Program-made: the position numbers and the translations under genes
Part shown: piece by piece, positions 9,458 to 19,264 of the stretch
Layout: every line of letters begins with the position of its first letter
How positions within the stretch are numbered: the first letter of the stretch is position 1
NCBI GenBank assembly: GCA_965215265.1
Contig: OZ244048.1
Span: 2,560,001-2,624,000 of the forward strand
Source: Candidatus Poribacteria bacterium
GTDB taxonomy: Bacteria; Poribacteria; WGA-4E; WGA-3G
DNA length: 64,000 bases
Direction: 5' to 3'
Notes under the pieces: model-generated
The model's input: only the letters and a program-made list of their open reading frames with translations
Told to the model about the DNA's origin: nothing
The model's database searches: none

Positions 9458-9487
9458 TTGACTTTTTCTTAATAATTAGGGTAAACT
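9458..9487 (+). promoter_or_regulatory. Putative sigma70 promoter for the cohesin/spondin gene
   Basis: TTGACT, 18 nt, TAAACT in an AT-rich intergenic region. Confidence 0.4.
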
Positions 9488-9684
9488 TATTTTTTTAGGG
9501 TCAGCTTATCTTTTTAAGGAAAGCACGTTTTTGCGTGCATAACGGAAACCAGTCGATGTGAAAGATGCTTCCGGATAGGAAGCAAACTACAGGTCTCACG
9601 TCAGATCTGTCAAAGTGAAAATCGATGTTTGTACCGCGACATAGGACAAGCATCAAAATAGTAATAAATTAGGAGAATTGTCTA

Positions 9685-12459
9685 ATGAAATATCAGCTTT
9701 TCAATAGGGAAATCGTTTTTTCCTTAGTAGCTGTAGTTATGTTTCTCGGTTTGACAGCAATGAGTTACGGTCAAGCCGTCGTTTCTGTAGAGCCAGCTGA
9801 AATTGAATCCCCGGCGGCCGGAGAACAACTGGTGGTCGATATTAACATAACCGGGGGACAAGATGTCGCAGGATATCAAGTAACGGTAACCTTCGATCCG
9901 ACAGCACTGAGTTATGTTGATGGGAGTAATGCGACTTACCTTCCAGGTGCCTTCGCAGTTCCTAACGTAACAACCGAAAATAGCGTCATAATCGCCGCAA
10001 CTCTTCTGGCAGGAGCAGCTGCAAATGCCAATGGCACGCTCGCCCAGGTGACATTTGAGGTTGTGGAGGCAAAAGCATCTGCAATTTCGTTATCGGATGT
10101 TGTCCTCGCGGATGCTGCGGGTAATGCCTTGGATGCCACAACTACGGATGGTGCAGTGACTGTTGCAGCAGCCGAAGCACCTGCCGAAGCAGAAGCTGAA
10201 ACGGAGGCACCTGCTGAAGCACCTGCCGAAGCACCTGCTGAAGCCGAAACGGAAGCACCTGCTGAAACCCCTGCAGATGCAGAAACGGAAGCACCTGCAG
10301 ATGCAGAAACGGAAACCCCTGCTGAAACCCCTGCAGAAGCCACCGCTGAAACGGAAACCCCTGCCGAAGCAGAAACGGAAGCACCAGCTGAAACCGAATC
10401 GGAAATGCCGGCCAGCCAAATGTTTGAGATTACTCTTACCAACCTCACCACCGGTGAAGCCGGAAGTGGTGGACAGGTTTTGTCACCCCCTATTTTCGTG
10501 GCGCACGCCGCTGGTATTAATCTCGCAACCCCCGGTGAACCAGCGACTCCGGCTATCGTTGCCCTCGCAGAAACCGGTGATGTCTCAGGACTTGCCGTTT
10601 TGGCAGCTGCAGCGAATGCAAACGCTGTCCTTGCAGAGGGACCAGTCGTTCCCGGCGGGAGTCTTACCGTTACGGTGACGGCTGATGCAGTGAACTCTTC
10701 GCTTTCGGTGGGCTCCATGCTAGTTTCAACAAATGATGGCTTCATTGCACTCACAGATGTTCCACTTTTCGGTGAAGATGGAACGCCCGTTGAGACGAGC
10801 ATCGACCTAAATGCCTACGATGCAGGAAGCGAAGACAATAATGAATTGGCTACGCATATTCCGGGGCCATTGGGTTTAGATGCGGCCGCTGATCCAGAGG
10901 GTAGCAACGAACGTATGGAAACTGTAGGTGGCGTGATTACTCCACATCCGGGAATCCAAGGCGTTGGCGATGTCTCGGAAGCATTCGCTTGGACTGAACC
11001 GACAGCAATGCTGACGATTACACCGGTTGCAGCAGAAGCACCAGTGGTAGAAGCACCTGTAGTAGAAGCACCTGTAGTAGAAGCACCAGTGGTAGAAGAA
11101 CCGGAAATGCCGACAGAACACGGTTTTGACCTTGCGTTAGAAGCGGGGTTGAACATGATTTCTATCCCACTTATGCCGGAAGAGCCTTATACCGCAAAAT
11201 CCTTAGCAGATATGCTGGGTTCAACTATTGTGGTCAAACTGGATGCTACAACGCAAAGCTTCGTTGGTTACACAGTTGCTGCAGATGATGACGGTTTTGC
11301 AATTGACGGCGGGCGCGGCTATATCGTCAATACGCCGGCGGGCGGCGTTGTGACGTTCACCGGTAAAGCCTGGTCAAACCAACAGACTGAGGCAGACGCA
11401 CCTGCAGAAGCAGAAGTCGAAACGGAAGCCCCTGCTGAAACCCCTGCTGAAGTAGCAGCCGAAACGGACGCACCTGCCGAAGCAGAAGCCGAAACGGAGG
11501 CACCTGCTGAAACCCCTGCTGAAGCAGCAGCTGACACAGAAGCACCTGCTGAAGCAGCAGCTGAAACGGAAGCACCCGCAGACGCAGCCGCTGAAACGGA
11601 GGCACCTGCCGAAGCACCTGCCGAAGCCGAAACGGAAGCACCAACTGAAACCCCTGCTGAAGTAGCAGCCGAAACGGAAGCCCCTGCAGACGCAGTCGCT
11701 GAAACGGAAGCACCCGCAGACGCAGCGGCAGATGCAGTCGCTGAAACAGAAGCCCCCGCAGAAGCACCCGCTGAAACGGAAGCAGCCGCAGAAGCCCCCG
11801 CAGAAGCAGCCGCTGACACAGAAGCACCCGCAGCACCTGCCCGTACCTTTAGAAGCGCGTGGGCGTTCGTCGTTACAAGCGAATTGCGGGGCATGGAAGC
11901 CGGGGCAGCCTATAACGTGGTTGCAGAAAACCTACGCACGGGTGCTGTCACGAGTGAGAGCGTCACCAGTGACATGAAACGTTCCTCTGCCGTGTGGGCA
12001 GACTTGAATCGGAAGAGCGTTGTTGAAGCTGGCGATAAACTGGAAATTACGCTTTACGATACACGCGGGAACATCGTCTCGGGTCCATTCCAGCGGACAG
12101 TATCGACTGCGGATATTCGCAACGCCTATCTGAACCTCCAGCTGGAAGTCGGCGATGTGAAGCCGCAGGATACACTCCTCGCACAAAACTTCCCGAATCC
12201 GTTTAACCCTGAAACCTGGATTCCTTATCAGCTGAATAAAGACGCTGAAGTAAAAATCCAGATTTTCGACACCGCCGGACGTTTGGTTCGGACACTGGAT
12301 TTGGGCTGGAAACCGACAGGTTCTTACATGAACCCCTCAAGTGCAGCGTACTGGGATGGTAGGAATGAAGTAGGTGAGGGCGTTGCGAGTGGTATCTACT
12401 TCTACACTCTCACAACCGAAGGCTTTGCCGCAACTCGCAAGATGGTTATCCTTAAGTAA
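9685..12459 (+). CDS. Secreted modular protein: cohesin - Ala/Glu/Pro linker - Spondin_N - unknown domain - linker - FlgD-Ig-like C-terminal domain
   Basis: Signal peptide. Cohesin-like 'VDINITGGQDVAGYQVTVTFDPTALSY...GTLAQVTFEV'. Spondin_N 'LSPPIFVAH...LAETGD...SMLVSTNDGF...AYDAGSE'. C-terminus 'NFPNPFNPETWIPY...ATRKMVILK'. Confidence 0.85.
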   Translation: MKYQLFNREIVFSLVAVVMFLGLTAMSYGQAVVSVEPAEIESPAAGEQLVVDINITGGQDVAGYQVTVTFDPTALSYVDGSNATYLPGAFAVPNVTTENSVIIAATLLAGAAANANGTLAQVTFEVVEAKASAISLSDVVLADAAGNALDATTTDGAVTVAAAEAPAEAEAETEAPAEAPAEAPAEAETEAPAETPADAETEAPADAETETPAETPAEATAETETPAEAETEAPAETESEMPASQMFEITLTNLTTGEAGSGGQVLSPPIFVAHAAGINLATPGEPATPAIVALAETGDVSGLAVLAAAANANAVLAEGPVVPGGSLTVTVTADAVNSSLSVGSMLVSTNDGFIALTDVPLFGEDGTPVETSIDLNAYDAGSEDNNELATHIPGPLGLDAAADPEGSNERMETVGGVITPHPGIQGVGDVSEAFAWTEPTAMLTITPVAAEAPVVEAPVVEAPVVEAPVVEEPEMPTEHGFDLALEAGLNMISIPLMPEEPYTAKSLADMLGSTIVVKLDATTQSFVGYTVAADDDGFAIDGGRGYIVNTPAGGVVTFTGKAWSNQQTEADAPAEAEVETEAPAETPAEVAAETDAPAEAEAETEAPAETPAEAAADTEAPAEAAAETEAPADAAAETEAPAEAPAEAETEAPTETPAEVAAETEAPADAVAETEAPADAAADAVAETEAPAEAPAETEAAAEAPAEAAADTEAPAAPARTFRSAWAFVVTSELRGMEAGAAYNVVAENLRTGAVTSESVTSDMKRSSAVWADLNRKSVVEAGDKLEITLYDTRGNIVSGPFQRTVSTADIRNAYLNLQLEVGDVKPQDTLLAQNFPNPFNPETWIPYQLNKDAEVKIQIFDTAGRLVRTLDLGWKPTGSYMNPSSAAYWDGRNEVGEGVASGIYFYTLTTEGFAATRKMVILK
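10165..10405 (+). repeat. Coding low-complexity repeat (AETEAP/AETP units)
   Basis: Repeated gaaacggaagcacctgc / gaaacccctgc units. Confidence 0.9.
11385..11840 (+). repeat. Second coding AETEAP repeat tract
   Basis: About 150 codons of the same Ala/Glu/Thr/Pro units. Confidence 0.9.
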
Positions 12460-12491
12460 CTATCGCAGCGAAAAAGTTTTCTTGTATTTGC

Positions 12492-12525
12492 CCGGAGATA
12501 AAGGTTTAAATACCTTTATCTCCGG
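12492..12525 (+). terminator. 14-bp perfect stem-loop without a U-tract (terminator or mRNA stabiliser)
   Basis: CCGGAGATAAAGGT-ttaaat-ACCTTTATCTCCGG. Confidence 0.6.
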
Positions 12526-12631
12526 CGGCTATCAAGAAACGCCTCGTCCTATCCAATAGACATTGTCCTATAACTGGGCACTTTATCGGATGGCCGGGGC
12601 GTTTTCTAAGTTATGCACAAAGGAGCTCATT

Positions 12632-13729
12632 TTGATTTGCAAAAGAGATATTTTCTATATGTTGGCAATCATTGCACTCGTCTTCAGTGTTGATAGCGGT
12701 AGTGCATTTGCTTTATCTTTCGATCCACCGAATGAAAAAACAGGTGCCCCTAACGACGGTAGCTGCATCGAATGCCACGTCGATAACGATTTAAACACAC
12801 CAGGGGGATTATTGACACTTGAATTTCCTCAAACTTATATCCCGAATGAGGTTTACACAATTGTCGTCAGTTTAGCGCGCCCGGGGCAAAGCCGTTGGGG
12901 ATTTGAAATGACAGCACTGGATGGAAACGGTGCAAGTGCCGGTTCCTTTGAAATCACCGATGTAGAAAATACACAGAAATCCGTGGCGAACGGTAAGCAA
13001 TATATTAAGCAGACGTTCACCGGAACCGCACAAGGAACGAACGATGGAAATCAGTGGACTGTTGAATGGACTGCCCCGGATGCAGAGATAGGTCCGATTA
13101 CATTTTACGCTGCAGGTAACGCAGCCAATGCCGATTCGAAACCATCAGGGGATTATATCTACACAACACAAGGGGAATCCACACGGGCAATTCCGACAGT
13201 TGCAGGCGTTACATTGGAAGGCGAGAGAGAAAAAACTACGATGGATGCGGTCACAGGGGTGAGTTATACCCTCAAGGTCACGAATACCGGCAATATGACA
13301 GATACGGTAACGCTCGAAACTTCAGCGGAAGTAGGTATTGAGGCGAGTGTTCTCGGGACTTTGAGCCAGAATTCAATAGAACTTGACAGCGGTGCGAGCT
13401 CGGATGTTACATTGATGGTAAAGGGAGATACGTTGACGGCACCCGGTGATTATGAAATTACAGTGACAGCAACCTCTAAAACTGATAGCACGATGACTGC
13501 CGAGTTTACAACGACTACTACGATAGAAATGCCTCCGCCTGAGGTTCCACCTTGGGATGTCAATGGTGATGGCACTGTGAATATACAGGATTTAGTATTA
13601 GTCGCGGGCCAATTCGGTCAGCGTGGGGAATCCGTTGTCGGCGATATCAATGGTGATGGCACTGTGAATATACAGGATTTGGTTCTCGTTGCTTCACGTT
13701 TCGGTGAAAAAACGGGCGCAGGTCAGTAG
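12632..13729 (+). CDS. Secreted Reeler-like (choice-of-anchor V type) + Ig-like + dockerin protein
   Basis: TTG start behind AAGGAG. 'TGAPNDGSCIECH...WGFEMTA...VEWTAP...GPITFYAAGNAAN'. Duplicated 'D(V/I)NGDGTVNIQDLVLVA..FG' dockerin. Confidence 0.8.
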   Translation: MICKRDIFYMLAIIALVFSVDSGSAFALSFDPPNEKTGAPNDGSCIECHVDNDLNTPGGLLTLEFPQTYIPNEVYTIVVSLARPGQSRWGFEMTALDGNGASAGSFEITDVENTQKSVANGKQYIKQTFTGTAQGTNDGNQWTVEWTAPDAEIGPITFYAAGNAANADSKPSGDYIYTTQGESTRAIPTVAGVTLEGEREKTTMDAVTGVSYTLKVTNTGNMTDTVTLETSAEVGIEASVLGTLSQNSIELDSGASSDVTLMVKGDTLTAPGDYEITVTATSKTDSTMTAEFTTTTTIEMPPPEVPPWDVNGDGTVNIQDLVLVAGQFGQRGESVVGDINGDGTVNIQDLVLVASRFGEKTGAGQ

Positions 13730-13910
13730 CATCCTGCCGATATAGGAGTTGTCCCACCAGCTTCCGCTATCAGAGTGGCCAGGCTCGCGTTTTTATAAAC
13801 ATGTCGCCTAATGGGACTAACGTGCTAATATATCAATAAATTCTAAAATCCACCATAAATAGCCGTAGAATCTTCTTGAGGTTACTGATGCGGTTGATGG
13901 GAGACAGAAA

Positions 13911-14978
13911 ATGACATCTAAATATCGTGTTGGAATTATAGGATGTGGGGGGATTGCAAATGCACACGCGCGTGGGTATACAGGGGTAGAACAAACAGAG
14001 ATTGTTGCACTCGCCGACCCGGTTCAGGCAGCACTTGATAAGTTCTCCTCTGCCTACGGCATCTCCAGCGAGAACTGTTATTTGGATGCACGCGAGATGC
14101 TGGATAATGAGAGCCTGGATATCGTGAGTATTGCGACTTGGCATAAACTTCATGCCCCGATGACAATTGCTGCATGTGCGCGTGCCCCGAAGGCAGTCCT
14201 TTGTGAAAAACCGATGGGTGTGAGTCTCGGCGAGTGTGATGAGATGCTAATCGCCGCGAGGCGAAATGATGTCAAAGTGGTTATCGGGCATCAGCGCCGG
14301 TTTAATTCTGCATGGACAGATGCCCGTCAACTGATTGCTGAGGGTAGCATCGGTGAACCCCGTCAAATAATATGCCACGGTGGCCAGGGGCTATTGAATG
14401 ACTGCTCGCACCTGTTTGATATGATGCGCTATGTCCTCAACGATCCGGCACCGCAGTGGGTTATCGGTAATGTTGAACGCAAAACGGAACGTTATGAGCG
14501 CGATATTCAGATTGAGGACCGTAGTGCCGGCATTATCGGTTTTGATAATGGGTGTATCGGCATGCTATTGCAGGAAATTGGAAGACCGAACTATCAAGGC
14601 GGCATTGTGTATGGCACAGATGGCATCGCCGATGTAACCGAGGCGCGCGTCAGGCTCCTGAACAATAAAGCCACCGACTGGGAGGAGCGTCCTGCAGACG
14701 GTAGCAACCCACATGTTGCTCAAGCCACCGAATTAGTCGAATGGATTGAGGGGGGCACCGAACACCGCGGTGAGGCTCGGCATGGCCGTGCTGCTGTTGA
14801 AATTATCATGGCGATCTATGAATCGGCACGCATGCATGAGGTCGTCCAGCTCCCATTGCAGACCCATGCCAACCCACTCGATTTGATGATTGAGAACGGC
14901 GATTTGCCGATTGAACGTCCTGGGCGTTATGATATCCGGGCGTTTTTGTTGCATGGGGAATCCATGAAACCGGAATAG
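13911..14978 (+). CDS. Gfo/Idh/MocA family oxidoreductase
   Basis: 'VGIIGCGGIA', 'VLCEKPM', 'GHQRRF'. Confidence 0.92.
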   Translation: MTSKYRVGIIGCGGIANAHARGYTGVEQTEIVALADPVQAALDKFSSAYGISSENCYLDAREMLDNESLDIVSIATWHKLHAPMTIAACARAPKAVLCEKPMGVSLGECDEMLIAARRNDVKVVIGHQRRFNSAWTDARQLIAEGSIGEPRQIICHGGQGLLNDCSHLFDMMRYVLNDPAPQWVIGNVERKTERYERDIQIEDRSAGIIGFDNGCIGMLLQEIGRPNYQGGIVYGTDGIADVTEARVRLLNNKATDWEERPADGSNPHVAQATELVEWIEGGTEHRGEARHGRAAVEIIMAIYESARMHEVVQLPLQTHANPLDLMIENGDLPIERPGRYDIRAFLLHGESMKPE

Positions 14979-15017
14979 TAGCGACTGCAGCATCCACTTG
15001 AGGCACACCGAAAAATT

Positions 15018-16262
15018 ATGCAGATTACACAAGGGATTAGTGTTGGGCTCGCAGCACTGCGGCGAAATAAGCTGCGTTCCGTGCTGACGACGTTGGGAAT
15101 TATCATCGGTATCGCCGCCGTTGTCGCTGTTGTTTCCATCGGCGGTGGTGGCAAATATCTGATGTTGGCCGAATTTGAGCGCATCGGTGGTGCGAGTATG
15201 ATTGTCTGCTTTCGACAGGATACGCTTAGAAGGGAAGATGGAACGGAAGTCCCGAATAGGCATCCGGAATATATTGAATACGAAGATCTCGACTTTATCC
15301 TCCAAACCTGTCCTTCGATCGCCACGGCTTCAATTGAACAGTACTGGCAGGACTTTCTTGTGACGCATAAACGCAAAAATCAGACCCTCAACGTCCAAGG
15401 GGTTACTCCGTTTTACCAAAAAGCGCATAACTGGTATGTTCAAACTGGCCGGTTTATTACAGAGAATGACCTTGAGCTTAGAGATACGGTGTGTGTGATT
15501 GGTACTAAAGTACAAAGAGATCTGTTTGAGGGAAAAGACCCGATTGGTTTAGAGGTGAAAATCGGGACGGAGCGATTCACTGTTGTCGGTATCATGGAAG
15601 AAAAGGGTGATGGATTTGCGACGCAAGGCTGGGATAGTCGTGTAATTATCCCGATTACGACGATGAAGATCCGTTTTATTGGACAGCACAAAGGGGGGAT
15701 GATCTTGTGGGCACATGCGACCGGTTATGATGCTATTGACCAAGCGCTCGCTGAGCTCAAAGTAGCCTTTAGACAGCAACACAAGTCTGAAAAGTACTTT
15801 GACTTCTTCACGGCTCAGGAAATTATAAAACAGGTCGGCAATGTGAGTAATATTATTCAGGTACTGCTTGGTGGTGTTGCGAGTATCGCGCTGCTTGTTG
15901 GAGGCATCGGCATCATGAATATTATGTTAGTGTCTGTAACCGAACGCACGCGTGAGATCGGTTTACGTAAGGCGATCGGTGCGAGACACAAGGACATCTT
16001 AATTCAGTTCCTGATTGAATCAGTCGTTTTAAGCATTTGTGGTGGGCTTATCGGGATCTTTATCGGTAGTGCGCTGGCATCGGGTTCAGGCTGGATTCTG
16101 GCAAACTTCGTGCTGCGAGTGGAAACGTGGCCGGCTGTTGTCTCAGTGCAAGCGGCTGTAATTGCGTTTAGCGTTTCCGCGCTCATAGGCATCTTCTTTG
16201 GCATTTATCCGGCGAACAAAGCGGCGCGACTCACTCCGACAGACGCACTCCGTCATAACTAA
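15018..16262 (+). CDS. MacB/FtsX-type ABC permease
   Basis: 'NKLRSVLTTLGIIIGIAAVV', 'GGIGIMNIMLVSVTERTREIGLRKAIGA', 'YPANKAARL'. Confidence 0.95.
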   Translation: MQITQGISVGLAALRRNKLRSVLTTLGIIIGIAAVVAVVSIGGGGKYLMLAEFERIGGASMIVCFRQDTLRREDGTEVPNRHPEYIEYEDLDFILQTCPSIATASIEQYWQDFLVTHKRKNQTLNVQGVTPFYQKAHNWYVQTGRFITENDLELRDTVCVIGTKVQRDLFEGKDPIGLEVKIGTERFTVVGIMEEKGDGFATQGWDSRVIIPITTMKIRFIGQHKGGMILWAHATGYDAIDQALAELKVAFRQQHKSEKYFDFFTAQEIIKQVGNVSNIIQVLLGGVASIALLVGGIGIMNIMLVSVTERTREIGLRKAIGARHKDILIQFLIESVVLSICGGLIGIFIGSALASGSGWILANFVLRVETWPAVVSVQAAVIAFSVSALIGIFFGIYPANKAARLTPTDALRHN

Positions 16263-16282
16263 GTGCAGCAGCGCCTATAAAA

Positions 16283-17332
16283 ATGAAAGGAATTCCCACT
16301 GTGCGTAACCCAACTTCTAAAGTACGAGCGGCTGTTATCGGGCTCGGTTGGCCCGGTATGCAACATCTCAAAGGCTACATCGCTGATGCACGGGCCGAAG
16401 TCATCGCAATCTGCGATTTGGATGAAGCACGTGTACAGGCAGTCGCATCGGAATACAACATCCCGCAAACTTATACCGATCACTTAGAGATATTGGAAAA
16501 CGATCAGATTGATGCGGTGAGTGTGTGTTTACCAAATTTCCTGCACGCCCCTATTACGATTGATGCGTTGAACAACGGTAAACATGTGCTTTGTGAAAAA
16601 CCGCCGGCGTTAAATGCTGCAGAAGCTCAAGCGATGCTGGCGGCATCAGATGAAAATGAAAAAACCTTAATGTATGCACTTGTTCAGCGGTTTGATGGTA
16701 GTACGCAACGGCTTAAAGAACTGATTTGTGATGGCGTACTGGGCGACGTTTACTTCGGTAAGGCTGGGTATGTTCGGAGGCACGGCATTCCTATCGGTAA
16801 AGACGGTTGGTTCGTTGATAAAGCCCGTGCGGGCGGCGGCGCGCTCATCGATATCGGTGTCCACGCTTTAGACTGCATCTGGTGGTTGATGGGCACGCCG
16901 AATCCCGTTGAGGTTATGGGCACAACGTACTCTCACTTTAAAAAATCGGTGCCAGATACCATCAAATACAGTGTTGAGGACGCAACATTCGCACAAATCT
17001 ATTTTGAAAACGGTGCGACTATTGTGCTTGAAACCACCTGGGCACTGAATCTACCAGGCGACAATTACATAAAAGTAGCTGGGACTCAAGCAGGCGCGAG
17101 TCTCACCCCTTTTATGCTTTATGCCCAAGAAAACAGCAAAGAGATTGATAAGCCGCTTGAAGCACCTGCTGTGAATAGTTTTGACGCAGAGGTGGAACAT
17201 TTCGTTGAATGCATCGCGGAACGCAAGGTACCGATCTCCTCAGGGAAACAAGGGCTAATTCTGATGCAGATGCTTGATGGAATTTACGCTTCCGCGGAGA
17301 AAGGTACCTCCGTCCGTATCCAGATAGACTAA
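16283..17332 (+). CDS. Gfo/Idh/MocA family oxidoreductase
   Basis: 'VIGLGWPG', 'HVLCEKP', 'GGGALIDIGVH'. Confidence 0.93.
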   Translation: MKGIPTVRNPTSKVRAAVIGLGWPGMQHLKGYIADARAEVIAICDLDEARVQAVASEYNIPQTYTDHLEILENDQIDAVSVCLPNFLHAPITIDALNNGKHVLCEKPPALNAAEAQAMLAASDENEKTLMYALVQRFDGSTQRLKELICDGVLGDVYFGKAGYVRRHGIPIGKDGWFVDKARAGGGALIDIGVHALDCIWWLMGTPNPVEVMGTTYSHFKKSVPDTIKYSVEDATFAQIYFENGATIVLETTWALNLPGDNYIKVAGTQAGASLTPFMLYAQENSKEIDKPLEAPAVNSFDAEVEHFVECIAERKVPISSGKQGLILMQMLDGIYASAEKGTSVRIQID

Positions 17333-17464
17333 AGCACTCCGTGTATGGCGGCCGCCAGCCAGTTTTCGATGCTTTACCTTACATCTCCTATGCCCGGTGA
17401 ATGTAAATAGTATGAGGCTTTATCCAATCAAGTGAGATACAAATCTGCTCATCGGAGATGTCTG

Positions 17465-18265
17465 ATGCAACTCCAAATTTATCTGGCGTTTGCCAGAAAA
17501 TCGTTTCAGAAGCAGATGCAGTATCGGATTGCCAACCTTGCGGGCCTGGCTACCAACTTCTTTTTTCTGCTGATACAAATTTTTGTATATCGTGCGTTCT
17601 ATGCGGCACGCCCGGAACCGCTGCCGCTCAACTTGAATGAAGTCATAACGTACTTCGCGCTTTGTCAAGCGTTTCTCATGCTGATGCCGCTGTGGGGTGG
17701 ACGTTCGGAAATCGCGAACACAATTAAAGATGGCAGTGTGGCACTGCAATTGACCAAACCGGTCGATTTCCAAGCCTATTGGTTCGCTGATGAATGCGGG
17801 AGAGCATGCTATTACCTTCTGATGCGGACGCTGCCGACCTTTCTTTTTAGCTGCCTTTTTTTTAAAATCGCTATTCCACAAGGGGCAACTGTTTTCATCG
17901 CGTTCGCGGTTTCAATGAGTCTTGCTATTTTGATGAGTACGAGCTTAACTGTCACGATTCTTGGCACGGCCTTCTGGACGTTAGATTCAACGGGTGTTAC
18001 CGGCACAACTCATTCGATTATCACGTTCTTTTCCGGTATGCTGGTTCCGTTGGCCCTGTGGCCCAGCTGGTTGGCACAAATAGGGATGTGGCTGCCGTTT
18101 GAAGGTTTGGTGAATATTCCGTTTAGCATCTATTTAGGAAAAATCACAGGATTTTCCATTTTAACAGGACTCTTCAAACAGATGTTGTGGGTTATTTTTT
18201 TTTGTGCGTTCGGGCGTGCTATCCTCAAGTTAGGATTCTCTCGTCTTGTCATACAAGGCGGCTAA
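17465..18265 (+). CDS. ABC-2 family permease (DUF990-type)
   Basis: Multi-TM. 'IKDGSVALQLTKPVDF', 'FSGMLVPL', C-terminus 'LVIQGG'. Confidence 0.9.
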   Translation: MQLQIYLAFARKSFQKQMQYRIANLAGLATNFFFLLIQIFVYRAFYAARPEPLPLNLNEVITYFALCQAFLMLMPLWGGRSEIANTIKDGSVALQLTKPVDFQAYWFADECGRACYYLLMRTLPTFLFSCLFFKIAIPQGATVFIAFAVSMSLAILMSTSLTVTILGTAFWTLDSTGVTGTTHSIITFFSGMLVPLALWPSWLAQIGMWLPFEGLVNIPFSIYLGKITGFSILTGLFKQMLWVIFFCAFGRAILKLGFSRLVIQGG

Positions 18266-18394
18266 GGGGTAAAAGCACGTCAAACGCTTCGGCGATATAC
18301 ATCCCCCCGTTTATGTATGGCAAGCCTGAGCGAAAGGTTGTTTGAATCACCCCAACGTTGGAATAGCAAGAGAGACTAAAGGGAACGATCAGAA

Positions 18395-19195
18395 GTGAGA
18401 CTTTTGTTCCTTTACTTCCATTTCATTACACTGCGTATTCGTGCCCAAATGGCGTACCGCCTCTCTTTTACTTTGGAACTCATTGCCCAGGCGAGTGTCT
18501 CGATCATTGATTTCCTGATGATTGCTATTCTGTTTGCACGTTTTAAGCAGTTGGGAGATTGGAGTCTTTGGGAGGTCGGTATGCTTTACGGCATCATTGG
18601 GATTTGCTTTGCTTCTGCGGAAATGGTTGCGCGCGGATTTGATACTTTTCAAGCGCTTGTAGTCCGAGGCGGATTTGATAATCTGCTCATCCGGCCGCTC
18701 GGTACGTTCTATCAAGTCTTGGCTTATGATTTTCAACTCCGTCGCGTTGGTAGGCTCAGTCAAGCTCTCGTTGTCCTTCTGATTGCCAGTTCTCATCTAC
18801 AGCTCACCTGGACGTTTGGAAAAGTGATGTATCTCTTCCTGACACTTATAGGTGGTACGTGCTTTTTTATTGGCCTGCTTGTGATTGGTGCGACGAGCTG
18901 TTTCTGGACTGTGCAGTCTATTGAGATAATTAACATTTTTACGCACGGTGGCCTGTTTGCGGGCAGTTATCCGATTTCAATTTATCAGAGTTGGTTTCGG
19001 CATATTTTCACGTTCATTATCCCGCTTGCCTGTGTCAACTATTTTCCTGCGCTATTTCTGCTTGACAAATTTAAATTGACAGATGCCTCGCGAATTGGGG
19101 TTCAATTTGCGCCGTTTGTGGGTATTCTATTTCTGAGTCTCACGGGTCTCTTTTGGAAATGGGGTGTATCCCACTATCAAAGCACGGGCCATTGA
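18395..19195 (+). CDS. ABC-2 family permease (DUF990-type)
   Basis: 'QMAYRLSF', 'GGFDNLLIRP', 'YPISIY', C-terminus 'YQSTGH'. Confidence 0.9.
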   Translation: MRLLFLYFHFITLRIRAQMAYRLSFTLELIAQASVSIIDFLMIAILFARFKQLGDWSLWEVGMLYGIIGICFASAEMVARGFDTFQALVVRGGFDNLLIRPLGTFYQVLAYDFQLRRVGRLSQALVVLLIASSHLQLTWTFGKVMYLFLTLIGGTCFFIGLLVIGATSCFWTVQSIEIINIFTHGGLFAGSYPISIYQSWFRHIFTFIIPLACVNYFPALFLLDKFKLTDASRIGVQFAPFVGILFLSLTGLFWKWGVSHYQSTGH

Positions 19196-19264
19196 GTTTT
19201 TGTGAGACATCTGCACTTCAGTGTGTTCTGCTGGAAATAGTCTTCTATAAATTTGAGGGGCATC

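Noticed and set aside
9540-9610. c-di-GMP-I riboswitch (GCAAACTACAGGTCT)
   Set aside because: Only a fragment resembles the motif; the P2 GAAA hairpin and P1 pairing could not be built.
9936-11894. Ala/Ser- and Gln/Leu-rich alternative ORFs
   Set aside because: Shadow frames of the AETEAP coding repeats.
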